A stretch of 52,259 nucleotides of DNA, counting the filler, from Jimgerdemannia flammicorona (Eukaryota), in assembly GCA_003990765.1 (NCBI GenBank). It is 2 parts of 2 records of this genome, joined end to end, with 100 filler letters (N's around TTAATTAATTAA, not from the genome) between each part and the next. Parts side by side here need not be neighbours in the genome. Positions count along the whole stretch, not along the records: positions 1 to 26,080 come from RBNJ01000764.1; 1 more part is not named here. One strand, written 5' to 3'. Shown piece by piece: positions 12,394-26,180 of the stretch (positions within the stretch are counted from its first letter, which is position 1; the number at the start of each line of letters is the position of its first letter). The notes under the pieces were generated by a model that did not search any database, was not told where the DNA came from, and saw only the letters and a list, made by a program, of their open reading frames with translations. The position numbers and the translations under genes were made by a program.

Positions 12394-15300
12394 TTACGTA
12401 TTCATGTTCCCAGAAGCATTCATCCCGCTTTTCATCCGCGCCAGTCGTTCTTTGAGTGCGGAGACAGTTTGTGCCCGATCAAGTTCTCCGGATCGTTGTG
12501 CATTGCCGTCCTGGTTTAGAGGATGGAAATGTCGGTGAATGCGAAAATTGAGTTGCGGCTCTAAAAATGTAACTTACCTCTGATGGGATAGAGATTCGTC
12601 TTGTCGAAAAACTCGTTTCTAGATTCAAGTCATCTGGGTTTCCGATCTGCGAAGAGATTGGTGAGCATAAATAATGTTGCTAATGTATGCTACTACAACA
12701 ATTGCTATACGTACCGAGTCGGTCTTATACCCAAATTTTTGCTGCAGGCGGTGGAGTTTTTCCTTGTAGGTTTCAGTTGCATCGTCTGTGCCCATTTGAA
12801 TACGAACAAATATTGTGAAATCATGATTCTCTTAACAAATTAGCAATGCAAATTAACAATGCAAATTAATCAGAACAGGGTCATACTGGATTTTGTTGCT
12901 GGTGCGACAGTTGAATGCGAGTCTACCAGCCTTTCTTCTTCTATAAAACGTTGTTTTCATGGCATTATATATCAAATTATCACTGCAATTCAGTACATTA
13001 TTTATTCATAAAAGCGGTACCTTTCAACAGAGCGCCACTTTGTGTCGGTGAAGTATTTCCGTTGGCACCACTGACATCTTCGGTAGCCAGGTTGGACAAG
13101 CCACGCCGAATGTAGCTTTGGAAGTAAGTACCTGTCTGCGCCAGGTGAGCATTCACCTTCATCTCTACACCGGGATGTTTCTTCTGGAACTCGTATAATT
13201 CGTTGATACCCTGATAGCGAACCGATGACAATAAATGTATCAAAAGGATTGCGGTTTACACAGGTCATTCAATCTGGCAACGGAAGACATCGTTATGACT
13301 TACTTGTTTCGTTTGTTCTCGCGTACCAATCTTGACGAAAATTTGAGTCAAAAGGTTGTTTATCTCGGTGTCAGACAACACTTTTGTATCGTTGTTATCG
13401 TGGCCGTTTGCCTTCGAACCGAATGATGGCGATGGCTCGCCGATGCTGGCTTTCCTGGGATGAATGCCAATATTGGATTCCCTATCAACGCCATTCAAAT
13501 GATCTCTTAGAGGTGAAATAGTTTCGGGAGCGAACACCGACGATCCATTCGACTGCAATGACGATGTCGAGGATGGGCGGCTAACAGTGCCTCTACTGAA
13601 AGAATTCCGTGCATCCTCCATGAATGATTGTGAATGGGACTTGTCCTTCTTCTTGTTGCAAGCGTCTAACATGTGATCGAGATAGGGATAGACCCAGCTA
13701 TTTTTAGGGTCTTGTATCAGATCCAATTTGTTGAAGACTTCATCACCCAAACCATTCACTAGCTCCAGTAATAAGGTCTTTACAGTTCGCAGTGGCATTT
13801 CCCCGAGGGGCACTTTTTCGGACGCCCTGCGCTTCCACTCTTGAGGAGGGGTTGCGATGAAAAAGTTATTGATTTCGAAGAGAAGTTGGTTAGGGTTCAA
13901 CGCTCCTGTGCGTAGATTCTCCTGGATGGTCTTGGCAAGTTTCCATAGACACTTCATTATCAATTCTGTGAATTTGGCCTGGTTACTCGCTACGGGTTCC
14001 TCAAGATTTCTCAGATTTGACGAGCACTTTTCAAGGATAAGGAGTAGTGCGCTGAAATCATCATATTTGATGGAGAGGAGAGGAATTGAGATTGGTAGTG
14101 ATAACGCGGTTGGTAAAATCAAGCAAATGCGAATATTATCAATACCTGACAGTTGCGTTGCGATTGCTATTCTCTAAGACTTTCACCATCGCAACATTTA
14201 AAGCCTTCGAAAGCTGAGGACCAGGTTCCAGTGCAAGCATGTTCTGGTCGAGAAGCCGGTGAGCCAGCTCCTGAAGCAACTGGTGTAGTGATTCTTGAGA
14301 TACAGTCATCGCCAGATCGCGATTCGAGAATAACAGGACCAGGGCATTCACCAAGTGTTTGCACAACCTTGTCAATGATGGTGATCGTGTGTCGAGTGCC
14401 GTATATGCGAGTCGCACTTGTAATGTGATTGCGCTCACCAGAGGGTCGACATGCGGCAAAACAATGTCCGAGGATGTGTTCAGTAATTTATCCAATTGTT
14501 TAAGGGCGTCAATGCTCTGGTATGCATCGCCGCTAGTAATTTGCGTCACAATATAGTCCATCATATACTCCTTGCGGTCTGACTGTCCAAGACGTTGTCG
14601 CGCGGCCAACTGTGACACTGGCGCAGACACGGCAGGGGAGCCTTGCGTGAACGTAGATGGGACCTCAGTATTCACATTGCATGGTTGGGAAAGATCCGAT
14701 ATATCATGTTCGAGGTTTAAATCTCTTCTGGTTTCTCCATAGCCGTCCGCAGGTTGAGATCGGCGTATTTGCTCAGGGACTTTCATCGCTTCCAACCGTT
14801 GGGCCTGCGGTCGGGATTTTAGCATCCCAGGAGGAACCCGATCAAAATTTTCTGGCTCGTCATCTTGCTCAGGTTTCGCAGGTGCAACTGGTGCTGGTGG
14901 TTTGACCCTTTTAAGTCTCTCTTCAAGCATACTCTTGTCCTTGTCTGGTAGCTGGCCAACATGCTTATAGACTTGATCACCCACCAACATATAGGCCTGA
15001 GATATTGCCCCAAGAGCAGCATTTCGGACGGTCGCATCACGGTCCCCAATATTCGCCGCAATGGCTGGCAATGCTTTGTTCGGAATTATTACGGAAATGC
15101 CGTTGCGTTGGATCAAGGCACCGAGCTCCTCAAGGCATTCCGATCGCATTCGTGAGTTTTTTGATGCCGAACTTGCTTCCAAAATGTAGTTGAACATTTT
15201 GCTGGCTGGATAGATTCTAGTCAGAGATTTCATGATGCCTCGGATCCTTGCCCTCATCCCCTCCTTAGGATCTCCAACCTACAATGACATAAAGGAGATG

Positions 15301-16633
15301 TGCGTGAACTGACTGAATAGCTAAAATTAGGGATTTCGACTGAAAATTTAAGAACTGCAAGCAATTACCTTATTGATGAAGAACGGAAGGAAAGCTGAGG
15401 CTTCGTATTCAGTCAAATGGTAACTCTCCTCGTCCAACACGGCAACCAGATGCTCCAGCAGGTCGAGGCATTTCATTAGCATAGTCGTACCGGTGTCAGA
15501 GAATCGTAGTGTCAGATACTTCAGCAGCAGATCGGCATTAGCGACATAGCGCGTTTTCATATCCGCAAAATCAACACCATACTTGTCCAGTGACACTTCT
15601 GGAGAAGCGATACAATCATCAAGCATTGCAATTGCATTGAGATTGTCTTTGTCAGCGTGGTTCCCAGTGCTAAAAAGCAGTGACCGAACCTCGCCACTGA
15701 TATTGTTTTCCATCTGCATCGATAAATGCTCAATCATGTCAGCCCGTGGTGTTTCCAACACCCATTTTCCGATATTAGTGTCCTTTTTGGCTCTTGCCTG
15801 CTTAGCGCGGCCGTCTGAAGATAAGATCGGGGCTACGCGATCGTCTGCTTCTGGAGTGGGCGCCGCAGCCGCAAGCTTCGCATTCGACGCGGACGAAGTG
15901 TTACGCTTGTTGAGAGTTAGCTTCGACTTCAGTTTCGACGGTGCCTCTTTCGTTTCAGCGGAATTGGCCGACGCAACGGAATCCGGTGTTTTCGCGACTT
16001 GTTTCGACGCGGCAATAGTGTTAGACGATGCTTTTGCAGGAGCAGCAAGGCTTCGTGCAGCATCAATCATAGGCATGACGGTTTGCTTAGAGGCAGGCTT
16101 AAGGTCACCCACCTTTTGCAATATGTTGTCATAGCCGACGTTGGTAATAAGCGCTGGGAGGCAGGTCTGTGCCGCCTTTCTCACGTCCGCACTGCGGTCC
16201 TGCAAGCAAGTCAAGGAGGGCGGTACCAATGAGGATAGATCCAAATTGGCCGGGATATCCTCTTTGAAACATTCAGCAAGCCACGTCAACAGATCCTTGC
16301 GCAACAAGGCAGAGTCGGTCAGCAAGCTAGTGGCAATTGTGGAAATCATGGGCTCCAGGCCGCAAACTTTTCGGATGCTCTCCAAGGTAATGACACCAGC
16401 GGCACGAAGATCGGCTTTACTGTCAGTCAGTACGCTAACAACAGGGCCGACAACGATCTTGACATATTTGTCGAAGGGTTTGCCCATCGCTACAGCCAAA
16501 GTTCCCGTTATTTCAAGCGCCGTTGTTTGCAAATTCTTATTCTTATCGGCCAACCGAGATTTCAACGTCGCGGGAAGTTCCCCTAGGTGGCAAATGGTGC
16601 CGATGAATGGAAATATCGCGCTTCAATGTCAAT

Positions 16634-16667
<34 letters not shown>

Positions 16668-19600
16668 CAAAAAAAAAAAAAAAAAAGTGCTTCATACCTA
16701 GATTAGGCTTAATTCTCTTGTTGGCAGCTTCAATGATGGCAACTATCTTATCCAGACCTTCCTTTCGCACCTTCCAGTTCGAATCATTACATTCCTATTT
16801 TCATTTATAAAAGTACGAATCATTATTAGTAACTTTGTTCAACACAAATGCTAACTGTTAGACTTTTTACCGCCATCCCTCGTCTTAAAAGTTTAGCGTT
16901 CCTAATAACAAACCTCAAGCAATTTAGAGTCCAACTGGGGACTAATATCCACTCGCGGAAATAAATCTTCAATCGGATCGCCACCTTGGGGTGCGTCGGC
17001 CTTTGACATTGAGTTTAGATTCATTAGATTGTGAAACAATCTCCGCAAATTTCTATGATTCCCCAAAATACGTTTATATTTTTAATTGATGTACCCACCG
17101 TTGCCTTCGTCGGTTTTGGCGGCTCCATCTCCGCGACCTTCGCAAATTCAGCCTCGATTGCGGCAAGAAGCGTTGGATTCACATCCTGCACGAAAGACTT
17201 CACCTCTAACATCCAGATACAAAAGCCGACTAGTAAGCGCTTGGATCGCCTCTCAGAACACTTCGTCAACGTTTTCACTAGTGCAAAGAATTACCTGGCC
17301 CAATATATAGGCGTAGGGCTCCAAGGACCGTGACGGCGTTGGTACGTATGGCAGCATTAGAGTTCGATAAACAGAATTTGATAAACTCGATCAGTTCGCG
17401 GACTTGTAGCCCCGTAATCCCGAACTCCATTAATGTTGCATGGATCCAAGTCAGTGAATCGGCAAGAGCTTTTGGCGCCTTCAATTTCTTCCATGGATCG
17501 TATGCTAAATATCCGTAGACAGAAGTCAGTATCTTGAACAAGATTCAACGTGTAAAAATACTGCTGAAGTTAATAGCCAATAATGCCCAGTACTAAAATA
17601 AACTGCGGAAAATTTCAAGGAAAATAGAAGCCAGGAGAACTCAATAACCGGAACCAATTGTTATTTTGTAATTAGTCTATCACTTACATTGAGTGAAAAC
17701 AAATTGCAAAGAAGTCTTCTCGACGAAGGTGGTCAAGCAGTCACCAGCTGCTTTCTTTAACTTTATATCACCAAGCTTTTCCACACAACCTTTGACGAAT
17801 AATAGAACCAGTATTAAATGCGCATACGCTCGGAGACAAGCATGTGCTGGACAGCTTTGCAATTTCGGGATATATGGCTAAGATTACCTGGTATTGCCAA
17901 AGCAGCGCTGGATTTTGAAAATGTCGGGCATTTCGACGCCAGCAACTGACACACCTCAAATACCTTGGTCAGCACCTGTTTTTGGTATGAGGTTAGTTTA
18001 GACGTCATGAACGAGAATTGAATTCGAATGTAGTACCCAACAAACCTGAAAATTTGAATCTTTCCACCCGGGTTTCTTTCCGAGGGTCCGAATCACGATC
18101 TCTGCTTCTATTTCGTCGATATCCAGACCCCCATAATCACTATAGAGAGCCTCGATACCTAGGCAGAAAATGAGGCAATAGATTTGTGTCCAAGCATGTC
18201 AAGACTTCCAATCGCTAACAAACAAGGGCTGTAATGACACACCACGGATTCCTGATGGAGGCAAAATATGACAGAATGATGGCATTCTCATTACCCGCTA
18301 GCCTCGTCTTCCACGCACTATCTGCCAACTGCGCCAATATCGCTGCCGGAATATGATCAGGTGCACGCTCCTCTGCGTCCTCTGGAGTGAATTTATACCG
18401 CAATGGCTCTTCCGGTGCGGATTTAGCGCCGCCCTTTTTAGCGGGAGGAGGCGCAGCGCTCGTAGCCTTGGCTACAGGCTTTTTTGCTGCCGGGGCACCT
18501 GCTGAGGCCTGTTAAAAGCGCCGTATGCAACAGGTCACGAACAATCACGATATACATATAGTGAATATATGACACATAATTGAGCCAAAAATAAAAAATA
18601 AAAAATAAAAAAATCTCCAGCAGATTCTACAAATCACACACTTACCGCTGCCGCCTTAGCGGGTGGTTTGCGCTTGGTAGGTGCTGGCTCGGGAGGGGGA
18701 CTCTCAGTGGAGCGATCCTCTGGCGGTTGGGCTGAGGCTTTGGCAGTAGCGGTTTTCTGAATGGGGTATAAAGCGTTCGCCCGAAATGAACAATCATACA
18801 CATTCAACTGACGAATGATTCCTCACAGCGCAAAATGCAGCGAAGAATTGAGCATAATATAGTCCACAACTTACGGTTCCCTTCGATTTGGCGGCGGGAG
18901 GTGCCGCAACTGGGGGCGACGGTTTTCTTGCTGCTGTAGCTGGCTTCGCTTTCACTTCAGCTTTTTCGAAAAACTCCTTTACTTTCGCTTTCTTGATATC
19001 TTCTAAATTTTCCATATACTGAATCATAGCCTTCTCTCCCACGCATTTCATTAACGTTCCGAGCCCCTCAGCCGATGCCTCGCGCACTGAGGCGTCACCG
19101 TCCTCATACGTTTTGAGCATCATCTCGCTCAGCGTCTTAACCTCGCCACGACTGGGAGGTTCCTTTATGGTCTTGAGACGTCGCGTGACGAGTCCGACGG
19201 TCCCAGCTCGGACTTGGGGATTCTTATGCGCAGTTCCAGCGGTAACATCTTCGATCACCTCAGTTATTGAAACCTGGCATGAGATAATGGGAAACAACGT
19301 ACTTAAATTAAGCTCGAATTCACCGCCATGCATTATGCAGAACAGTATTATCACGTTACTCACCGAGTTGAATGTGGCAACCAGTGCTCCCATAAGCGTA
19401 TCCACAACTGTTTGCTTTCTTTCCTTCAATTTCTCAATCATAGGGCCAGTCACCTGAGGTGGATCACAATTTATGGAAGTCAGGCAAGTATACAATGAAG
19501 CTAAACAATATGCAGGTTTATAAAACGCAGGATCAAAAACATTCGCACAATTTCTTACCACTGGCTTGTACTTCCCGAACGCGGAACGCAAACCCAGCGC

Positions 19601-22224
19601 CAAGGCTTCGATGCAATTTGCGGCTGTCGTCATACAGACGATGTTGGCGTCAGTCATGCGCTGTTATAAATCGTACGTCAGTACATGTGAATTTTAAACC
19701 TCTCACTCCGGAATTGGAACAATGACAGTATAATGTCTAGCTAAGCATCCGCATGAGTTGGAGATACAGCCGCCATTATCCAATTCTACTACACCAAGGC
19801 ATCCTCCTCCTACGTAACCTCCACCTTTCTGTGTCCTTCCCTGTTTTGCTTGAGCGAAGAGCACCAATCTGAAACACACTCAACTCACCTTTGCTAGAGT
19901 CGCCACCAATTCTTGATAGTTGCCGTCCACTATTCTTGGCGTCTTGAGAATCAGTAATAGGGCATCAAGCGCTTCTTTTCTATCTTTCCATTTTGGTGAC
20001 GCCTATGACGGGGGGCCGAAAAAAAAAAAAAAAAAAAAAATCAGATAAGGGATCAAAAATGAATATAACGAGAACACGAATGGTTACGCTTGTAATAAAA
20101 TAATCTCCCATGAAAGCCTACAATATGGGTGAAAAATTCCTTATCCATTTTCGCCAAAATATCCACAGGTTCTGCAAGATCGAACACGTCCACGGCTTCT
20201 TCCTCTGCAGGGGCCTCCTCTGTCGGTTAATTAGATATCTGATGTTAAAACAAAGAAGCTAAGAGTAATCTCGCAATGTCTATTGATATTCATTCCGGAC
20301 AAAAAAATATGGTTCATCGGCTAATCTTTCTTGTATATAGAACAATATCATTTTGATGGCTTTTTTTTTTTTGTTTTTGTTTTTTGGATTACAACAAAAC
20401 CACATTGTCAATCATTACCTTGCTCCGCGTCTACCGCGGCCGCTACCTGAGATCTCAGTAACCTTGCGGCCACAGGTTTATCTGCTGGTAGCTTGGCAAA
20501 ACCTTCTTCAAGCTCTTTCACCTAGGTTTAAATAAAAATATATCCACAGAGAACGAGACCGTCAATTATACGTGGATACAGCGACTGGATTCTTAACTTA
20601 TTGATAAACATGGGTTCCTTAGCGCCGTTACTCGTTGCTATTCAGATACCCTCTTTAATCATATACACACCTGAACGGGTTTCAACTCTGACAAATAACT
20701 ACTCAGCGCAGCGCCAAGCCACCGATGTACCTCCATTGTCAGTGCTGTCGCCTACCGGATTTGAGCAGGTTGTAATTACGAGTGGTTGAGATAGAGGGAA
20801 GACGTGTGTTAGCCATATCTTCGAATGCTTCCTATGCCTGGTTCCTTCTAAGATCCAGAAACCAATCCGCTGGTAACCAGCACCAGTCCGATTGGATGCG
20901 TAGCGAACCGAAACTGACCTCCGTGCGAACATTCTTGTCAACATGACCAAATATCTTGGCCAAGTGTTTCAATATAGGCTTGGGGCTGACAGTCTTAAGA
21001 CCGTATTGTCTGTAGGTGTGCGATAAATGAGAACTCACATATACGTTGCACGCGGGTTTCCCAACAAATTCACTATAGGCAAATAGTTTCGGATGAAGTT
21101 TTTGCCCACCTTACTATCTCCTTGAGTGTAAGAACGGTTTGTGCAACTAACTTCGGTTGCTTGGCGTCTAAACCAGGCAGTATGAATTCCTAAAACATAA
21201 GAAAGATAACGAAGAGAGGCTTAAACCATAATGCCGTTGAAGTAACGTAGAAATAACAAGCTGTGCCACTCACTACGACTGGATCGGCGACGTCGATCTC
21301 GATATACATGAGGATGAGTTCCAGGGCTTTCGCTTTCGTTCCGGCACGCGTCGAACCGAAGCATTTTTCGACAACGGCAGGAATGACTGTTTCACGTGTC
21401 CTTTAATATTCATAACAAGGGTCGCGATGTCAGAGGTTATGATACGGGCGTCACAAGGTCACAAGCTACAGTAACGCCCCAATCATTCACTGAATATCGA
21501 TGGGGAACACCAAACAACTATCCTGTTCATCTCTTTTCCGTTTATGCCTTAATACTACTAGTCAAAGACATTAATATGTTTTGAGATCCGTCTACCTTCC
21601 CTCACTGTTTTTGTTTGTGGTCGCCGCCTTCGGCAATACTCCCATCCGCTCACTCCACTACCATCCCTCTGCACGCTAATCATTAAACTCCAAGGCTGAT
21701 GGACTGGTTACTTGCTGCGGCACTTCGTTTGCCGTAGCAATCACAAATGAAAACAACTCACCTAGCAGCGTTAGGTGCATTCTCGACATAGTTGATCAAA
21801 GTAGTGAGGCCCGATTCTTGAGCCACAGCGTTGGCATCGACGGCCATCTTCTTCAAGCATCCATCATATTGCGTAAATTCTCGGGCATCGGCAGGATCTG
21901 CTAGGCGGAATTTCTTGGCGAGTTCCTCGTAGGCGGAAACGCGCGCTTTCCAGACCTGGAGGAGATAGTGAATAGAGCGGGAGCGGCGATTAATGGCGCA
22001 AGATCGGAGGCTGTACAAATGAGGGAGCAGTTATCTTTGTCGGCAGGAAAAAGAGTAAGCTTGAACGTTGCTGGCCATTTAGTTGTCTCATGCTATGATT
22101 CCCTTCTTTCAACGGTATCGGTAAGAATTCTGAACAGAAAAATCCTCAAGCGCAATACCTTGTGATCCAATCTTTCCTTAATCGGAATGCCAGAGAAATC
22201 TTCCTCCTCGGTAGCACCATCCAT
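12394..22224 (-). CDS. STU2: XMAP215/Dis1-family microtubule polymerase (Stu2/Alp14/CKAP5), 29 exons, about 2089 aa. Exons: 22159-22224, 21762-21955, 21274-21400, 21110-21189, 20919-21009, 20671-20751, 20419-20521, 20122-20219, 19889-20002, 19559-19660, 19364-19453, 18875-19273, 18646-18756, 18295-18508, 18046-18158, 17888-17975, 17688-17789, 17295-17504, 17099-17205, 16914-17000, 16698-16794, 15369-16582, 14146-15278, 13304-14051, 13021-13210, 12887-12940, 12715-12785, 12578-12646, 12394-12510
   Basis: Manually spliced with GT-AG introns and continuous phase. TOG-start signatures HKVWKAR, PKWKDRKE, SAWKTR and SNWKVRKE, HEAT repeats, and C-terminal LKERLARMK. The last four small exons are less certain. 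Confidence 0.93.
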
Positions 22225-22334
22225 TGTTGAATAAATGCGTAAATGTCTGAACGTCGAAGTGAGCAGTTTGTTTTGGACTTGTTATGTTATGTCATCATAG
22301 CTGCACGTGATTTTATCACGTTTTCGGCCTATCG

Positions 22335-22800
22335 ATAAATTTATTTTTTAGTTTATAAAAATCTGAATAAATTATAGCGAGTTGTCTATTAGTAATATTC
22401 TCTATTTAATATATAGATAAATATTACTTTAAAATAATAAGAAAATATTTTAAATTTATTTATATAATTAGTATTTTTAATAAGTAAATTTAAAATAAAT
22501 GAGTTATTATCTAGTAAAAATTTATAGTAAAAGTAAAAAATAATTAATAATTTTATTGGATATTAAATTAATTGTTTACAAAATATTAAAAAGAAGAAAT
22601 ATTAAAATATTTTTATATATAATTATAAAATATATAAAGTCTTTATAAATAAAAATTAAAATTACACTAAATTTATAAACTTAAACTTTTACTTAATATT
22701 TAAACAAATCACTACTATCAAATTTAAGTTTATAATAATCTAAGTCTTCAAATTAAACTATTATTGATTAACTCTAATTGTAAAAGAAATGCAATAGCTT
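22335..22800. other. Extremely AT-rich island in the divergent STU2/FBP1 intergenic region
   Basis: Composition is almost only A/T, with abrupt edges against mixed-composition flanks. Possibly a hypermutated TE relic. Confidence 0.55.
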
Positions 22801-23264
22801 TTACAATCTGAAGAGATGTTAGAAACGTTTTGCAAAAGACCATATAATTATAGTCACAGTCCCTGAAAGTCATATCTTAGCTCACATATAAGAAACTATT
22901 GAAGAAAACCCTGTCAAGGCGCGATGCAACTGTAGGCGAGCGAGATATGATTCATGGATCGTCATTTAGAATACCATGACGGCGATCAGTTTCCAGAAAT
23001 GAGCATGAATCGTCTTCACGAGGGGTAGTGGGAATGGCCCAAGCCCATTTCAAGTAAACCCCATTGTGGCTTCTGAGATAGCGGAGGAACTTGGCCGACG
23101 TGAGATGATTTCATGGAGATATGGAGCAATTCGGAAATGCAAAGAGCAGAACATGGATCTACGGACATGCCATGCGAAGCAATGGTGCGATAAAAGGGAG
23201 CTTGTTCACATGCGAATCCCACCCAGGAGGGGGTTCGGGACCCACCGTGGGACTTTTCGCCGTC

Positions 23265-23272
23265 TGACGTCA
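23265..23272. promoter_or_regulatory. Perfect CRE/ATF palindrome TGACGTCA about 100 bp upstream of the FBP1 ATG
   Basis: Exact motif match. Function is inferred only. Confidence 0.4.
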
Positions 23273-23375
23273 AATCGCAAGTCACATGCTACCTCTCTTC
23301 ATTATTTAGTGCGTGCTTGCCTCAACGTCCCCCTCTTCCGCACTCTTGTTTTTTCTACCCAACAAACCCACTTCA

Positions 23376-25355
23376 ATGGCCGAAATCGACAACGAGACTG
23401 TCTTTGAAAAGATCAACACTGGCGTCGGCACCGACCTCATCACGATGACTCGCTGGGTTCTGGATCAGCAGCGCGTATGTGTTTTCTTGACAGGGCAGTT
23501 CTCAAGTGATTGCCGTATAGCTTTCGAGTAACAAAATGTGCTCTCTTGGCCGTGTCTTTCTCAGAAAGTCCAGGATGCCTCCGGTGACCTGACCATCCTC
23601 CTAACAGCAATCCAGTTTGGCTGCAAATTTGTCGCTTCCAAGGTCAAGCAGGCCGGTTTGATTAACCTGTGAGTAGGAAATCCAGATATGTTTTCACGAA
23701 AGAATTTATGTTGCTCTCTCCGAATCGTTTTTCCGCATCACCCTCGATAGAGGTGTCGCGAATTGATTACAGGAGGCGAGGAAATGTCGTCTACGTACGG
23801 AGACGAGATCCGAGGAAAGCGTATGGTGTTTGAAACCGAGGTTCAGTGACGCTACAAATTTGGACAATGTTCACTCATCTGCAGCACATGCGTATCTTTC
23901 TACCTGTTATTCCATACTTTCTCTCACATCCAACTTAGACTGGGCCTCACAGGTTCCTCCAACGTTCAAGGCGAAGACGTGAAAAAACTGGATGTACTCG
24001 CCAACGACATCTTCAAGAACGCGCTGGTGGCCTCGGGCAAGTGCTGCTTCCTCGTCTCTGAGGAGGACGAACGAGTGATGGTGATCGAGGACCCATCTTT
24101 CCGCGGCAAGTACATTGTGACATTTGACCCCTTGGACGGATCAAGTAACATCGATTGTGGTGTGTCGATTGGGACCATTTTTGGGATTTTTAAGGTGGTG
24201 AGTAGGAAGGGGTATGGTCATATGCGATTCATTCTTTCCTAGGCGCCTGCGAGCACATTTTCACAAACACTTGTGCATATAAGCAACTTTACAAGATTTC
24301 TTATTCAATCCAATTTTCAATCTCTAGCATGACGACCACGCCCCTGGCAGCAAGGATATCATCCGCTCCGGTCGCGATCTAGTTGCTGCAGGTTACTGCA
24401 TGTATGGCTCGTATGTCGAGCTTATTGTGGTACGCATCCTCCCGACTTGTGTAGATCAGGGTTGCCTTGCTAATGTGCTATTGTAACATTTCTATCTTCT
24501 CACCGCTTCTCACCGCTTCTTCGCTCCAATAGTCTGTCGGCACCGGTCTTCATGGCTTTACACTCGACCCCGCCATTGGCGAATTCATCCTCACTCATCC
24601 TTCGGTACCCATGATGTCTTTTTATCTGCTTTGCATTTTGTATTCACTCTGTTCTTTCACTCAGCTTCCCTAAACTTGCACATTCGACTAAACAGATCAG
24701 AATTCCCTCGCGCGGAAAGATCTACTCCATCAACGAGGGCAATTACAAGTATTTTGATGAGCCCACAAAGAAGTACGTGGATTCTGTTAAGACCAAGTAC
24801 TCAGCGCGCTACGTAGGTTCCATGGTTGCTGACGTACACAGAACTGTTTTATACGGAGGTGAGTACGGGCTGGAGGAGGTAATCCTGCTTATGATATATA
24901 AGAAATGATTGTATTTTATACAACGGTGGACGTGAAGACATTTTTGGAGCATGGATTGGGTCAAGCTGTTGACAATTTTCACGAATCTTTAATGATATTT
25001 ATTTGTCGGGAACGGTATTTTTAAGGTATCTTCGGCTATCCCGCTGATTCTAAGGTGATTCTCTCTACTACTTTTGTGGACATTGTCCCATACGTTTCCT
25101 CGTGTTTTTCGAGCCAAAAATTTTGATCGATTCGATATCATATACACCTATTCCTTTTAGTCCAAAAACGGCAAACTCCGCATCCTTTATGAAGTGTTCC
25201 CGATGGCCTACCTCGTTGAACAAGCGGGTGGGCGCGCCTCGACCGGCAAGCAGGACGCACTGGACATTACTCCCCGTCATATCCATGACCGTTCGGGCGT
25301 GTGGTTGGGATCGGCAGACGACGTGGCGGATTTGGAGGCGTTTTATAGGGCTTAG
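23376..25355 (+). CDS. FBP1: Fructose-1,6-bisphosphatase class I, 8 exons, about 340 aa. Exons: 23376-23474, 23565-23668, 23939-24197, 24328-24429, 24533-24604, 24696-24858, 25026-25054, 25161-25355
   Basis: Motifs [42 protein letters not shown] and GKLRILYE. All introns are GT-AG and in phase. Confidence 0.97.
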
Positions 25356-26080
25356 ATGGGGTAGCGAGGGGGTAAAATTGTCGTGAACACAAATGCATAA
25401 AGTAATCAAGCCCTACCCTTCCTCATATCTTTTTTTTTTTTGTTCTTAGTTTCATGTTTTCTTTAATTTGATGCTCATTGAAGGCAGAATATTAAACTGA
25501 ACTGCCGGTGACAGTATATTCAATATCAAGAGCCGTGACCACAAGCTCCAGTGCCGTATCATATCAATACATGGCCGCTTAACATGTCAACTTCTAATTG
25601 AAAGAAGAAAAGAGGGAGGAGGGATCTAGAATGATAAAACAAAGAAATTTATGCAGCTGCTATAATCGGGCCGTCATTTCGTGGCAAAGCCAGATAACAC
25701 AGCAATGCCAGCGACATGACATAAGTCTTAACAAAATGCTAGGCATGAGAAAAAACAGCAATTGAACCTCAATGAGATTTTCAAGTGGAGGCCAGACCCA
25801 TATTTGGCAACTAGTATGGATTCTGACCAACCACGTTTTCGTGAAAGGAGTACCCCTTTCGCAAGGTGGGTCGAACTTTTGGCACTGTCTGTTGTCGTCA
25901 CACGAGAGACAGTTCCCCGTATCGCTACGTTGGCGGCGAGAGCTCGCCGTCTCATCAGCTCGAGCATCTGCAGCTACACGGCAACAGAAGCTACTTCAAA
26001 CCATGCAATGTGAATCTCGCTCGATTCAATCAAATACTTTATGACGAACAACTGAAGGCGGTAAAAAAAAAAAAAAAGAA

Positions 26081-26180
26081 NNNNNNNNNNNNNNNNNNNN
26101 NNNNNNNNNNNNNNNNNNNNNNNNTTAATTAATTAANNNNNNNNNNNNNNNNNNNNNNNNNNNNNNNNNNNNNNNNNNNN
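26081..26180. other. Assembly gap with artificial six-frame-stop linker TTAATTAATTAA (26125-26136)
   Basis: N runs symmetrically flank a 12-mer commonly used when contigs are concatenated. Confidence 0.95.

Noticed and set aside
15583..16635. Plus-strand ORFs opposite STU2 exons
   Set aside because: Antisense shadows of the coding exons.
25720..26080. Possible exons of another gene before the contig end
   Set aside because: CpG-rich with short ORFs and plausible splice sites, but no recognisable motif or consistent gene model.
26125..26136. TTAATTAATTAA as a biological site, or linkage between FBP1 and the downstream TE block
   Set aside because: Artificial contig-joining linker. Adjacency across it is unsupported.
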